Below are positions 15,283 to 25,900 of a DNA stretch of 26,298 nt, in pieces (positions within the stretch are counted from its first letter, which is position 1; each line of letters starts with the position of its first letter). The stretch is from a virus. Taxonomy: Duplodnaviria > Caudoviricetes. Made by a program: the position numbers and the translations under genes. The DNA lies in IMG/VR virus record IMGVR_UViG_3300029145_000021, positions 1 to 26,298 of that record; one strand, 5' to 3'. Under the pieces are notes generated by a model, which was given only the letters and a program-made list of their open reading frames with translations, was not told the origin of the DNA and searched no databases.

Positions 15283-16463
15283 TGGCTTCTAGTCCTAGCC
15301 CGCTTCTGGGCGTTGAGCTTCAGGCGTTGGGGGAAAACCTCAATACGTGGGGTGACACCAAGCTGAATGACGTGATCAAGCGCCTTGAGGAAGCAATTGC
15401 GGGCGCTGTATCGATTGCGGTTGAGGCAAATGTCACCCTGACCAGCACTGACTATGTGCAGAACCAGGCACGCTACGGAATGCTGATCTTTACCGGATCA
15501 GGCGGGTTCAACATTACATGCCCAGCCACGGCGAAGCACTATCTGGTGAAGAACGACTGTTCCGCAGCCGTGACCTTCACGCATGGCTCTGGTGATACGG
15601 TTGCAGTAGCAGCCGGCGCGATCAAATGGGTGGCCACGGATGGCAGCAATTTCTTCACCGTAGAGGAAATTGATTACCTTCCTTTGGCGGGTGGGACGCT
15701 GACAGGCGCTCTAACGCTCTCAGGAGCCCCCACAGCGGATTTGCACGCTGCTACGAAGGCTTACGCCGATACGATGCTGCCGCTCGCTGGTGGCACGATG
15801 ACGGGCTTTATCCTGCTGCACACTGAAACGCCTACGAACGACTTGCACCCGGCCTCGAAAGGCTATGTTGATGGTCTGGCATTCGATGCGGTCGATCTAC
15901 CCGGCCAGTCCGGCAATGCGGGCAAGTTCCTGACCACTGACGGGACAAATTCCAGCTGGGCGAATGTCTCAGTCGCGTTTGCGGATCTGACGGGTAAACC
16001 TACGACCCTTTCAGGGTATGGGATTACCGACAGCCAGCCTCTGGATGCCACGCTGACAGCACTTGCGGGCCTGACCACAGCAAACGGCAACATCATTTAC
16101 GCAACTGGCGTGGATACGTTTTCGCAGGTTACATCGACAGCCCGAGGGCGCAATGAGCTGACCCGCCCGACTCCGGCGCATATCAATAACACTGACAGCC
16201 CTTATTCAGCATCGTTTGGTGAGGAGATCTTCGTGGACTGCTCAACAGGCGCGGTGGAGATTGATCTTCCAGCAGCGACAGCGAACAGCCTGCCAATCTG
16301 GATCATTGATGATGATGGCGATGCGCCAACCAACAATATCACGCTGGACCCCGATGGTTCAGAGACAATAGCCGGTCAGACCTCGATTGAGATCGATCAG
16401 GCGAAAGCTGTGTTCAAGCTCACGCCATTTGCAGGGCTGTGGCGCGTAGCGAGAGGATGGTAA
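15282..16463 (+). CDS. Tail fibre protein
   Basis: N-terminal LELQALGENLNTWG anchor; LPLAGGT(L/M)TG...ATKAY.D repeats; GKFLTTDGT..SW, KPTTLSGYGITD and QPLDATLTALAGL fibre motifs. Confidence 0.85.
   Translation: MASSPSPLLGVELQALGENLNTWGDTKLNDVIKRLEEAIAGAVSIAVEANVTLTSTDYVQNQARYGMLIFTGSGGFNITCPATAKHYLVKNDCSAAVTFTHGSGDTVAVAAGAIKWVATDGSNFFTVEEIDYLPLAGGTLTGALTLSGAPTADLHAATKAYADTMLPLAGGTMTGFILLHTETPTNDLHPASKGYVDGLAFDAVDLPGQSGNAGKFLTTDGTNSSWANVSVAFADLTGKPTTLSGYGITDSQPLDATLTALAGLTTANGNIIYATGVDTFSQVTSTARGRNELTRPTPAHINNTDSPYSASFGEEIFVDCSTGAVEIDLPAATANSLPIWIIDDDGDAPTNNITLDPDGSETIAGQTSIEIDQAKAVFKLTPFAGLWRVARGW
15675..15872 (+). repeat. Two tandem ~33-aa tail-fibre repeats
   Basis: YLPLAGGTLTGALTLSGAPTADLHAATKAYAD / MLPLAGGTMTGFILLHTETPTNDLHPASKGYVD. 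Confidence 0.75.
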
Positions 16464-16464
16464 T

Positions 16465-17058
16465 ATGACGCTATCAAGTACCTTGTTTCCGGCAGCAGGT
16501 GGAGGCGGTGTTCCGTATCCGGCGGGAACGCACATTTTGAGCCCGTGGCCAAACACGATGGCCACGCAATCGCAAGTTGACCAAGATATTCTGTTACCGT
16601 TTGTGCCGCGCTATGATGTGACGATTGATAAGCTGTGGTATTACCGCAATGCCAGTACCGCGGGAAATGTTTATATGGGCGCATATGATAACTCGGGGAA
16701 CCTCCTGAGTGATTGCGCCGTTGATAGCGACACGACCATCGGGCTTCATGAAATCGATAGCACAAACTTCGATCTGACAGCGGGCAACCTCTATTATTGG
16801 ATGTTCAACCAGTCTGCGGCAGTGATTGGTGGTGACGCCACGGGTGGAACAGACGAAGAAAACGCATTCTTGAATGCCTACGCGCACGCGAATCCGTTTG
16901 ATCTCGCAATGTTTTCAGGCGGCACATTCCCGAGCAACGGGCGCGCACGCTGTTACGCGAGCAAGACCCGCACGAATGCCGCGCCAATTGATCCTATCAC
17001 CATGTCAGGCTGGGATGTCTCAACTCGCGTATATATTTTTGGAGGCGTAACAGCATGA
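16465..17058 (+). CDS. Tail fibre-associated protein (possible receptor-binding tip)
   Basis: Follows fibre; LSSTLFPAAGGGG N-terminus; beta-rich, aromatic-rich. Confidence 0.65.
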   Translation: MTLSSTLFPAAGGGGVPYPAGTHILSPWPNTMATQSQVDQDILLPFVPRYDVTIDKLWYYRNASTAGNVYMGAYDNSGNLLSDCAVDSDTTIGLHEIDSTNFDLTAGNLYYWMFNQSAAVIGGDATGGTDEENAFLNAYAHANPFDLAMFSGGTFPSNGRARCYASKTRTNAAPIDPITMSGWDVSTRVYIFGGVTA

Positions 17059-17438
17059 CCGTAACTGTTTACCCCACCATAACGCCACCGGAAACCCAGC
17101 GTTGGGTCTCACAATACCGCTTCCTTGCAGAGCTTCACACTGACCAGCAACAAGTCATGCTGAACGTGGTTCACAAGGAGGGGCTAGGCCTCTCATTTGC
17201 CGAAGAAACATCAACCGACCCAACTCTGATGAGCACGAACGGCCTTCCAGTCGCAGCGCTCCGCCCGATTGTGATTGCTTACGAGCATATGAAGGCCCTG
17301 AACGGTCAGGTGGACTTGCTGAGCCCCGGAATGACCGTGTTCTTCCAGGCTGCAAAGGCCTGCGGCGTGTATGGCCTCGACCCGACAGCCGCAGACGCTG
17401 AAATTGCCCGAATTGTGAGCAATGAACAGCCCGCCTGA
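17055..17438 (+). CDS. Hypothetical protein, possible tail fibre chaperone
   Basis: GGAGG RBS, ATGA overlap; position after fibre genes. Confidence 0.65.
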   Translation: MTVTVYPTITPPETQRWVSQYRFLAELHTDQQQVMLNVVHKEGLGLSFAEETSTDPTLMSTNGLPVAALRPIVIAYEHMKALNGQVDLLSPGMTVFFQAAKACGVYGLDPTAADAEIARIVSNEQPA

Positions 17439-17703
17439 CGGCTATTTCGATGGCTGCACGTGTTTCTTTGATTGCTTCGGGCGGGTGTCACACGCGGACA
17501 TCTGCCACGAGCATGACGGAGACTGGTGGTACAAGCGTACAGCTCTTGAGAAAATAGGCGCAGATTGGCGTTTCAGCGTCCGTCTGGCGCGTCGGCACCT
17601 CACTAACACCCCGTGGCAGCCTGTGGCGCTTCTGAGCGCTGTAGGGGCCTTAGCTTTGTTCTGGAGTCCCTATGGTTGGTTCATCTGGTGGCGGAAGTCA
17701 TGA
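17422..17703 (+). CDS. Small phospholipase A2-like protein with C-terminal hydrophobic helix
   Basis: DGCT...C.EHD..W....K..AD..F pattern resembles PLA2-like phage/bacterial proteins; C-terminal VALLSAVGALALFW...WFIWW. Confidence 0.55.
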   Translation: MNSPPDGYFDGCTCFFDCFGRVSHADICHEHDGDWWYKRTALEKIGADWRFSVRLARRHLTNTPWQPVALLSAVGALALFWSPYGWFIWWRKS

Positions 17704-19613
17704 GACCTAATCTGATCGCCCTGGAAGTGATGCCGGGGCTCATTCAAGATGATTCAGCTTTCAAGGTTCGCCAGGGCGGGTATTCGGATGTGAACAATGT
17801 CCGTCCGCACAGAGGTGACATGGAAGTGATCGGTGGTTGGGAGTTCCTGACCACTGAACAGCTGACAGGCAAGTGTCGCGGCATTCACAGCTGGCGAGAC
17901 AATGCTGGGGAGATCAACTTTGCGTTCGGCACTCATTCCAAGCTCTACGTCTGGACGCGCGGCAAGCTCTACGACATCACTCCGAGTGATTTTACTGCTG
18001 GCAATGAAAACGGCTTTGGTGGTGGCGGTTATGGTGTCGGCACTTATGGCTCTGGCACTTATGGCGCTGTATCAGAGGGCATTTACTACCCGCTGACATG
18101 GACGCTGGATAATTTTGGCGAGTGGCTCATTGCCAATCCTCGTGGGGGAAAAATCTATGTCTGGAAAAACGACATTACGGCACTCGCCGTCGAGCTTGCG
18201 GGGAGAACGAGCAACTATGACGCCGACTTCACAAGCTACGCTGATCAGGCGGCATTTGATGCGGACGGATGGACCAGAGGAACAGGCTGGACATTCGACG
18301 CGACGGACGACGAGGCCGATTGTGATGGAACACAAACTGGAAATAGCGACCTTTCGCGAAGCGCAACAGGCCTTACTGTCGGACAACGATACCGCGTCAC
18401 TATCACCTTTGATAGCCGCTCGGCAGGCGCAATTAGTGCGCTTGGCAATGCGTCTGAAGGCACGGAAAGCACGGCGGAGGCGGGAACGGTCTCGGTTGTC
18501 TTTATTGCCACGGCAACGAGCCACACGGTTGCGGCGCGCGCCGATGCTGACTGGATTGGTTCTGTAACCGATGTCACAGTCGAGCAGATGGGCGCGCCTG
18601 AGATTGTTGAGAGCATTCTCGTTACACCCTCACGGCAGATCTGCGCTTATGGCTGTGAAGAGGAGCTAGGGGTTACACAAAACCCCCGCGCGGTGCGCTG
18701 GTGCGATATTGAGGACACGTCCGACTGGACAACTTCGGCCACCAATAATGCGGGCGAGTTTATCCTCCGAAACGCGGGCCGATTGGTCAGGGCCAAGGAA
18801 GTGGGCCAGATCATCGGTGTTTGGACTGATGAGGGCATGTTCTGGCAGACCTATATGGGTAACCCTGGTCAGACATGGGACTTCCAGCGTGCTGGCTCCA
18901 ATTGCGGACTGGTTGGACCGAACGCGGTTGATGTGATCGGCAACCAGGCCTTCTGGTGCGGTCCTGATTTTGTGTTCTACGGTGTCGGCTTCGGTGGCGA
19001 GCCTTTAGCTCTGCCCGCCCCGATTGATCAGACGTTTAAAGCCGCTCAGGTTCATGCGCAGCAAGAGAAGATTTTCTGCTCATCACTCGCTCAGTTTGGT
19101 GAGGTTTGGTGGTTCTACGCTGACCAGTCAGACGGCAATGAATGTAGTCGCTACTACGCGTTTTCACTGTCAGAAAACAAATGGTTCGCCGGGGTGATGG
19201 ATCGAACATGTATGATCGACAGTGCACCCTACGACTATCCCGTGGCTGTAGATGCTTCTGGTCAGGTGTTCATCCATGAGAGAGGAAACACCGCTGCGGG
19301 TAACGCCATCAGCTGGCATGCCGAAACCGGCGATATTTATTTGAACGAGAGCTCTCAAGTCGTGCAGGTTCGCGGCATGCGGCCCGACATTCACGATCAA
19401 CAGGGCGCGATCACCTTCACGCTGAAGACGAAACAATACCCTCAGGGAGATGTGACCACCCACACCCCGCAAACCTTGGTTGCAGGGCAAGATAAAGCGG
19501 ACTTCCGCGCCTCCGGTGCAATCGTCCAACTTCGGTATTCGAGCGACTTGGTGGGCGCGACCTGTCGGTTTGGGCGTCCTGTTTTCGATGTCGTGGAGCG
19601 CGGCAGGCGATGA
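17700..19613 (+). CDS. Tail nozzle/stabilisation protein (P22 gp10/T7 gp12-like) with inserted beta-sandwich domain
   Basis: GTHSKLY, WTLDNFGEWLIA, VRWCDIED..DW....N.AG, NCGLVGPNA, FGEVWWFY...ECSRY motifs; start at ATGA overlap 17700. Confidence 0.82.
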   Translation: MRPNLIALEVMPGLIQDDSAFKVRQGGYSDVNNVRPHRGDMEVIGGWEFLTTEQLTGKCRGIHSWRDNAGEINFAFGTHSKLYVWTRGKLYDITPSDFTAGNENGFGGGGYGVGTYGSGTYGAVSEGIYYPLTWTLDNFGEWLIANPRGGKIYVWKNDITALAVELAGRTSNYDADFTSYADQAAFDADGWTRGTGWTFDATDDEADCDGTQTGNSDLSRSATGLTVGQRYRVTITFDSRSAGAISALGNASEGTESTAEAGTVSVVFIATATSHTVAARADADWIGSVTDVTVEQMGAPEIVESILVTPSRQICAYGCEEELGVTQNPRAVRWCDIEDTSDWTTSATNNAGEFILRNAGRLVRAKEVGQIIGVWTDEGMFWQTYMGNPGQTWDFQRAGSNCGLVGPNAVDVIGNQAFWCGPDFVFYGVGFGGEPLALPAPIDQTFKAAQVHAQQEKIFCSSLAQFGEVWWFYADQSDGNECSRYYAFSLSENKWFAGVMDRTCMIDSAPYDYPVAVDASGQVFIHERGNTAAGNAISWHAETGDIYLNESSQVVQVRGMRPDIHDQQGAITFTLKTKQYPQGDVTTHTPQTLVAGQDKADFRASGAIVQLRYSSDLVGATCRFGRPVFDVVERGRR

Positions 19614-19966
19614 CCCCTGAAAAGGTCCGCGAGCTGATCGGAAACGCACTGGAGTATGACCCAAGCTATTCAGTGGACGACATACTGGCAGAGGTGGATC
19701 AGCACCGCGCCGAAATGGTGGTTTTGGATAACTCCCTGACGGTCTGCAACGTGATCAACAAGCCGCAAGCAAGGCAATTCCACATCTGGATTGCGGCGGG
19801 CGATTTAGAAGAGCTGGAAGACAAGATTTACCCATTCCTTGAGCAGCGAGCGAAGGAATTGGGGTGTTCCGTAATGACCATAAGCGGTCGGCGCGGATGG
19901 GTGCGGGTGCTTCGGAAACACGGATTTGAGGAAGCCGCGACGGTTGGAGTGAAGAGACTACAATGA
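19610..19966 (+). CDS. GNAT-like virion assembly protein (T7 gp13/P22 gp14 position)
   Basis: HIWIAAGDLEEL...AKELGCSVMTISGRRGWVRVL...GF; between nozzle and ejection genes. Confidence 0.7.
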   Translation: MTPEKVRELIGNALEYDPSYSVDDILAEVDQHRAEMVVLDNSLTVCNVINKPQARQFHIWIAAGDLEELEDKIYPFLEQRAKELGCSVMTISGRRGWVRVLRKHGFEEAATVGVKRLQ

Positions 19967-21525
19967 GCAAAGACAGCAAAACGACAAGCGAATCTCGCAA
20001 TGTCCAGCTTCCGAAAGCCCCGGAATACATCCGCAATGGGCTTGAGGGCCTGACTGGCGCGATTATCAATCTCGGTAATCGTGATCCGAACAGCTATGTT
20101 CCGGGCGCATCAGGGCTTCAGCAGCAAGCCTTTGGCATGGCGTCCAACCTTGCCCAGCGTTACGGCGCTCAGCCAAGCTATGGCGGGACACCCGCTTCTG
20201 GCGGGCAGACGCAGCAAGGTGGCGGCGGTCTGTTCAGCCAGCTCGGCGTGCGCACCCCTGAAAGCTTCAACTATGACTGGCAGGCGATTGCGCAGGATCG
20301 GGCGCAAAGAGAGCCAGGCTTCCAACAGGCTTTTAACGGCCTCGACGACAATGCGCGGCGCAACATTGCCGAAGTGATGGGCATCGCAGATGGCACCATC
20401 AATATGGGCGACTTTGCGCGCTACCATGCCGAGAACGGCCCGCCCCTGTCACAGGACATGAAAGACCGCTTCCGGCAGCTCAGCGGCGGTGGCCAGCCGA
20501 ACGAGGTCATGGGCGGTTATGGCTCGAATGGCTTTGGTCAGCCAATGGCCACAATGGGCAAGACACAGAACCCGTGGGGCGGATCTCCAACCGCTCAAAG
20601 CGGTGGTCAGGGCCCCGGCTATAACCCTTTGAGCGCCTATGGTCAGTCAGCTGATCTCGCATGGGGCGCGGCAAATGCTGGCCCTCAGTACGGTGACTAT
20701 GGCGGCGTTCTGGACTTGCTGAAGGGTAATTCTCCGCAAGCATCAGCTGGCAGGGCTCAAGGGCACAGCCTGCTTGATAATTGGGAATCGTACATGAGCC
20801 CGTACACAGACCGGGTGGTTGATACGACGCTTGCCAATTCTGACGAGTATGACGCCCGCCAGCTTGCACAGTCTCAGGCCGAAGCGGCCGGAAATGGTGC
20901 CTTTGGCGGGTCACGATACGGTGTCATGGACGCTATTCTGAGGGGCGAACATAGCCGCAACCGCGCTGCAACTGAAGCAGGGCTTCGAGACACGGCCTTC
21001 AATACAGGCATGGGCCTTTCTGCTGATGATGCGAACCGTCGCCAATCTGCAAGCAACCTGAATGCACAGCTTGCGACACAGACGAGCATTGCAAACGCTC
21101 AGAGTGACCTCAGCCGCCTATTGACCGGCGCGAACCTGATGCATCAAGGCATCGCGAACAACCAGCAAGCAGACGAGAACTCGCTTGACCGGGCATTCCG
21201 AGGCGCTGACAGCCTGCGCAATACAGCAAGCACCTATCAGGGCAATGAACGCGCTGATCTGGGCCTTCTAAGCCAGCTAGGCGCGCAAGAGCGGCAGATC
21301 CAGCAGCAGCAGGCTGGAGCTGATCTAGGCCTGCTCAGCACGATGACGCAGCTGTTTGGCGGGCTCCCATTCGACCAGGTAACAGGCATCGTGAACAACG
21401 GCACGCAGACCACGGTTGGTTCACCCGGCTTGCTTGATTGGGTGAACGGCGCAGCAAACCTCGCAACAGGTGTAGGCAACTTGGCAAACTGGCGGATTCC
21501 AGCGGTTCAAGGGGGTAAGGAATGA
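19963..21525 (+). CDS. DNA ejection/internal virion protein 1
   Basis: G/Q/A-rich; YMSPYTDRVVDTTL...GAFGGSRYG motif; LSQLGAQERQIQQQ. Confidence 0.75.
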   Translation: MSKDSKTTSESRNVQLPKAPEYIRNGLEGLTGAIINLGNRDPNSYVPGASGLQQQAFGMASNLAQRYGAQPSYGGTPASGGQTQQGGGGLFSQLGVRTPESFNYDWQAIAQDRAQREPGFQQAFNGLDDNARRNIAEVMGIADGTINMGDFARYHAENGPPLSQDMKDRFRQLSGGGQPNEVMGGYGSNGFGQPMATMGKTQNPWGGSPTAQSGGQGPGYNPLSAYGQSADLAWGAANAGPQYGDYGGVLDLLKGNSPQASAGRAQGHSLLDNWESYMSPYTDRVVDTTLANSDEYDARQLAQSQAEAAGNGAFGGSRYGVMDAILRGEHSRNRAATEAGLRDTAFNTGMGLSADDANRRQSASNLNAQLATQTSIANAQSDLSRLLTGANLMHQGIANNQQADENSLDRAFRGADSLRNTASTYQGNERADLGLLSQLGAQERQIQQQQAGADLGLLSTMTQLFGGLPFDQVTGIVNNGTQTTVGSPGLLDWVNGAANLATGVGNLANWRIPAVQGGKE

Positions 21526-22928
21526 GTGGACTTTTAAGCCTTCTGACAGGCGCAGCGGATCAGTTGGATTTTATCCCCGGATTTGACCCGCGAAAAGATA
21601 AGCGAGGCCTGATCTCTGCGCTCCTTGGTGGAGGCCAGAAGCCAATCGCACCCATGCCTGCTCCGACACAGCCTAAGCGCAACATGGGCGACATCATGCA
21701 GATTATGTCCCAGCCGCCTGCTCCCGGTGGCGCTGCGCCTCAGGGTGGCCCCCCACTGCCTGGAGATTACAGCACCAAGCTCAGTTTCTTCGATGCACTG
21801 AACCCGTTCAAGGACACCATGCAAATCCGTGCGAACGATCAGGCGCGGTACAATATGGCTCGCAGTCAATACACCGCACAGCAAGCACAAGCAGCAGCGG
21901 CACAGCAGCGCAGCCAGCGAACAAGTGACGCTACTCAGTACGGGCTTTCTGGCCGTGACGCTTTGGCTTTCATCAATTCGGGCGAAGTGCCAGATGCGAA
22001 GGTTGTAAACTCAGGCGATAGCGTCTTTGTAAATGGCGGTTATCAGCAAGCGCCGGAGACGTTTACAGCTGAGACAGATGCTCTTGGCCGCCCGATGGCA
22101 TTTGGCAATGTCAGCGGTGCGTTCCGCGACCCGGTGGGGCCTGCTGAGCCGTTCAGTCTAACCGATGGCGCTCAGATGCGAGATCCAATCACGGGCGAGC
22201 TGATCGCGCATAACGAAAAGAACTTTGCGCCTCCGGGCAACGGTATTACGGTGAAGCCGGACGGCACCATTCAGATTGGTGGCAAGCCCAGCGAATACTC
22301 ACTCGATCCGACCGCTCCGAAGGGCAAGCAATCCGGTCTTGTTTTTGATGATCAGGGCATGATCAGGCTTTCGCCGAACCCCCAACAGGCAGGCTTCAAC
22401 AAAGCGGCGCTGAAGTTCAATGACTTGGCGGCAAAGAACAACCTTGTTCAAGACGATTTGCAGAGGGCGCTGGACTCGTTCACGGTGGTGAATGAAGAGA
22501 CGGGACAACGAGAGGTGAAGTCTGGTCAGATGGCGGCTGGACCAGCCTCTGTCTTCGCTGGCATTCCTGTGTTTGGGGCATCTACTCCAGCGGGTACGCT
22601 TGAGGGCTTTATTACGACGATCAAGGCCAATGTGGGCTTTGATGAGCTTCAGGCGATGCGTGAGGCATCCCCGACAGGCGGTGCTTTGGGGCAGGTCTCA
22701 GAACAAGAAATCAAGTTCCTGCAAGCCCTGCTCGGTGATTTGGAGCAAGCGCGTGATCCGGAAGTGTTGGCTTACAATCTGGAACGTCTGAAGACGTTCC
22801 TTGCGGGCCGTCAGCAGCGATATGCTGACGCCTTTGCGGCGGACTATCCAGAAATTGGCGCAGCTGTTGAGCGCCGAGAGGGCGCAAAGCGCACGGTCGA
22901 AGACTTAGTGAACCATTACGCGGACTAG
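21522..22928 (+). CDS. DNA ejection/internal virion protein 2 (P22 gp20-like C-terminus)
   Basis: TIKANVGFDELQAMREASPTGGALGQVSEQE..FLQ...G.L.Q motif typical of podophage DNA transfer proteins. Confidence 0.75.
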   Translation: MSGLLSLLTGAADQLDFIPGFDPRKDKRGLISALLGGGQKPIAPMPAPTQPKRNMGDIMQIMSQPPAPGGAAPQGGPPLPGDYSTKLSFFDALNPFKDTMQIRANDQARYNMARSQYTAQQAQAAAAQQRSQRTSDATQYGLSGRDALAFINSGEVPDAKVVNSGDSVFVNGGYQQAPETFTAETDALGRPMAFGNVSGAFRDPVGPAEPFSLTDGAQMRDPITGELIAHNEKNFAPPGNGITVKPDGTIQIGGKPSEYSLDPTAPKGKQSGLVFDDQGMIRLSPNPQQAGFNKAALKFNDLAAKNNLVQDDLQRALDSFTVVNEETGQREVKSGQMAAGPASVFAGIPVFGASTPAGTLEGFITTIKANVGFDELQAMREASPTGGALGQVSEQEIKFLQALLGDLEQARDPEVLAYNLERLKTFLAGRQQRYADAFAADYPEIGAAVERREGAKRTVEDLVNHYAD

Positions 22929-22933
22929 AACGA

Positions 22934-25900
22934 ATGCCAGAACCCACACGCGAAGAGCTTGAAACAGCGCTGCGCAATGCGGATGCAGCGGGCGATACTG
23001 ATGCAGCTCGCCAGCTCGCAAACGCACTCAAAAGCGGTCAATACGCGCCCGATCCAGAAAAAGCGTTCAAGCAAGCCACGCAGGACCGCCAAGCCGCTCG
23101 TGCGCGTGCGAATGGTATCGAGCCGAATTTCGTCGCAACACCAAACCCTGAGAACCAGACAGGTGCTGTTCAAGGATTCGCGGGCTCAGTTGATCGCTTC
23201 GTAGACAGCGTTGAGAACTATGATCCGCAGCCAGACGCGGGCATCAAAAGCCCTGCTGATGCGTTCTTGTTCAAAGGAGTGAATGCCTTGACTGGCGGAG
23301 CGCTTCAGCGAAGCGGCAACGCGGCCTTTGAGGGTACCGTTCAGGAGGGTTTCGGGGATCGAGCTGTGCGGGCCTCTGACAGCTTCCCGGTCGGTTCCAC
23401 AGCGGGGCAAATGACAGGTATGGCCGCGCAACTTCTACCCGTGCAGCGCGCCGCTGGTGTTCTCAAGTCAGTACCCGGAATCAAGCAGGCGGTCGATCTC
23501 GCCGGGAAAAGCCGCTTTGGCTCATACGCTGGACGCCTGGCAGCGGGCATGGGTGCATGGACTGGCGAAACCGCCTTGCAGGGAGCAACCACGCTCTCTG
23601 ATGAAGCGTCTGCCTATACTGGCGAGAAGCCAACTCTTGAAAGCCGTGCTGGCATGGCCAAGGATTTGGCAACGATGAATCTCGGCGATGCGGGCATCAC
23701 CACGCCGTTTGTCAAAGATGTTCCTGTGAATGTGCTTGGCCCGCTCGGTACGTCATTTGTCAATCGCGCTGGTGTCGCGGCGCGCACTGGCGGCGCATCT
23801 GTTACACCTAAGAATGTTCGTCAATCAGTGCAGGAATCAACTGGACGAGTCTCTGGTGGACCGGAGCAGATGCGGGGTATCGCCGAGGTCATCGACACGG
23901 AGCTTGCTGGCGGGCTTCGCCCCCAATCCATCGCTGCCGTCTATCGTATCCTCAAGCACTCTGGGCTTTCCGACGGGGCCATACGTGCGCTCAACGCAGA
24001 GGTCGGCCAACGAATGCAGGCTGGCTCTGGCAGCGCGGCGAGCCGCAAGACGGTTGGTCAGCTCTACGTAGATATACTTGAGGAAACCAAGCCCCAAGCC
24101 GCGGAAAATATTCTTGCGGTGCTCAGGGAGCGGCGGCTTAACGTCCGTCGCAACGATAATTCTGCTGGGATTATCCGATCCGGAACGCGGGAGCTTCGAG
24201 ACAGTCAAAAGGATTTCCTTGAAAACAGCGCCAACACCAATCTAGGGCAGAATACGCGAATTGGTGTCAGGGAACAAGTTGAAGCGACTCAAAAGGAAAT
24301 CGGTGCTGAGTATGAGCGCATACTTTCTTCTGCGCCTACAAGCGGGCCGGGTGCCGACACACTGCGTCAGCTAATATTGCCTGACCCGAACAAGAGCGCG
24401 ATTCTGTCTCGACGCGCCAAGAACGCCGGCTTCATAAAAACCAACGAAAAGGGCTCCCAGGTTCCAGATGTAGACGCTTACGTAAGTGCGAGACCTTATG
24501 AGGCGGGACACTGGATGAGGTCGAAGCTGTCTGAGGCGAGCCGTTCTGCTCAGGGTGCAGAACGGATGGTTTTGGGTAATACCGTTGATCAGATCGATGA
24601 AGTGCTTGATGGATTTGATGCGTATGCGCAAACGAAGCGCAATTGGGGAACTGAGCAGGGCGTTCTGAATGCCCGAGAGTTTGGAGACCGGCTTTTCGGT
24701 GGCGCAAACTCCAGCCTGATGAATAACCCGGGAATGCGCGCGGAGTTGGTGGAGCAGTTCAATGCGCTAACGCCCCGAGAGCAGCAAGTGGCGCTCATCT
24801 CAATCCGAGATGCGGCACTTGGAAGAATGCAAGGCGGGCCAGCGGGGCAACAGGCGCGATTGACCTCTGTCACTAGCGATGCGGCGATAGATTTCTTCGA
24901 GCAGGTCGGGGCGAAACCGTTCGCTGACGATCTCCTGGCAATCAAGAATGAGCAGGGATTCCTGAACAGCTTTGACCCTGCCGCGAACAGTCGAACCGCG
25001 CCTAATCAGCAGGCGGTCAGCGGCGCGCCTCAGTTGTATAACAGCACTATCGCGAATGCTGTCGATAACTCGACGCCGGGAACGCTGTTAGGTGAGGGCG
25101 CGCTGATGGCATTCGCTCCACATTATCAGGGGCTTTATGCGGCTTACCGTGGCAGCAGAATGTTGGCGAATGCTGGCTTTGGAACTCGCCCGCAAACGCT
25201 GGAAGACATGACCCGCTTCCTAATGGCCCGCCCCGGTCGTCAAGCGCATGAGGCGGTTGCTGCGTCGGCTCCAGGTGGTCCTCTGGTGCCCACGAACACA
25301 CCAGGAGGTGCATTGCCACCCCCTAGCTCTCCAACCCCCGCAGGACCAGGCACGCCTCCCAACGCGGGCACGCCCGGCCCAGACTTTCCTCATGTTGTGC
25401 GCCATGAAGATGGGCAGGAGTGGGGCTTTAAGACACTGAGAGAGGCAGAAGAATTTGCGGCACAGCCTGCGCCCGTTCCAGAAATGCCCCCTAGCTCCCC
25501 AACCCCCGCGGCAGCCGTAGCAGCGTCACGGGGTGGTGATGACGTATTTTACCACGGAACAGGTCGAGAGTTTGACACGTTCGATAATGCCTATCTTGGC
25601 TCAAACAGCGGCGATGCTGATTCTCGCCTCGGCCATTGGCTGACGGCTGAACGCGGCACGGCTGAAGGCTTCGCGGAGCTTGCGGCACGTGGACCGGGCG
25701 GGCAGGTCATTCCAGCTCGTGTAAGCGGGAACCTGAAAACGGTAGACATGCAAGGCCAGAAGGCAGGCCGCAACGCGGGTACTGAGCAGATCATCCGAGA
25801 CGCCAAAGCTGAAGGTTATGACGGCGTGCGCTTTACGAACTACGTCGATGCGGCGGACTCCGGTGCGCAGCCCGGAACGAGTGTTGTTGTGTTCGATGCG

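Noticed and set aside
18010-18066. GGY-rich repeat (GFGGGGYGVGTYGSGTYG) as a DNA repeat or variable region
   Set aside because: Protein-level low-complexity motif usual in this nozzle family; no reverse transcriptase or template repeat seen for a DGR
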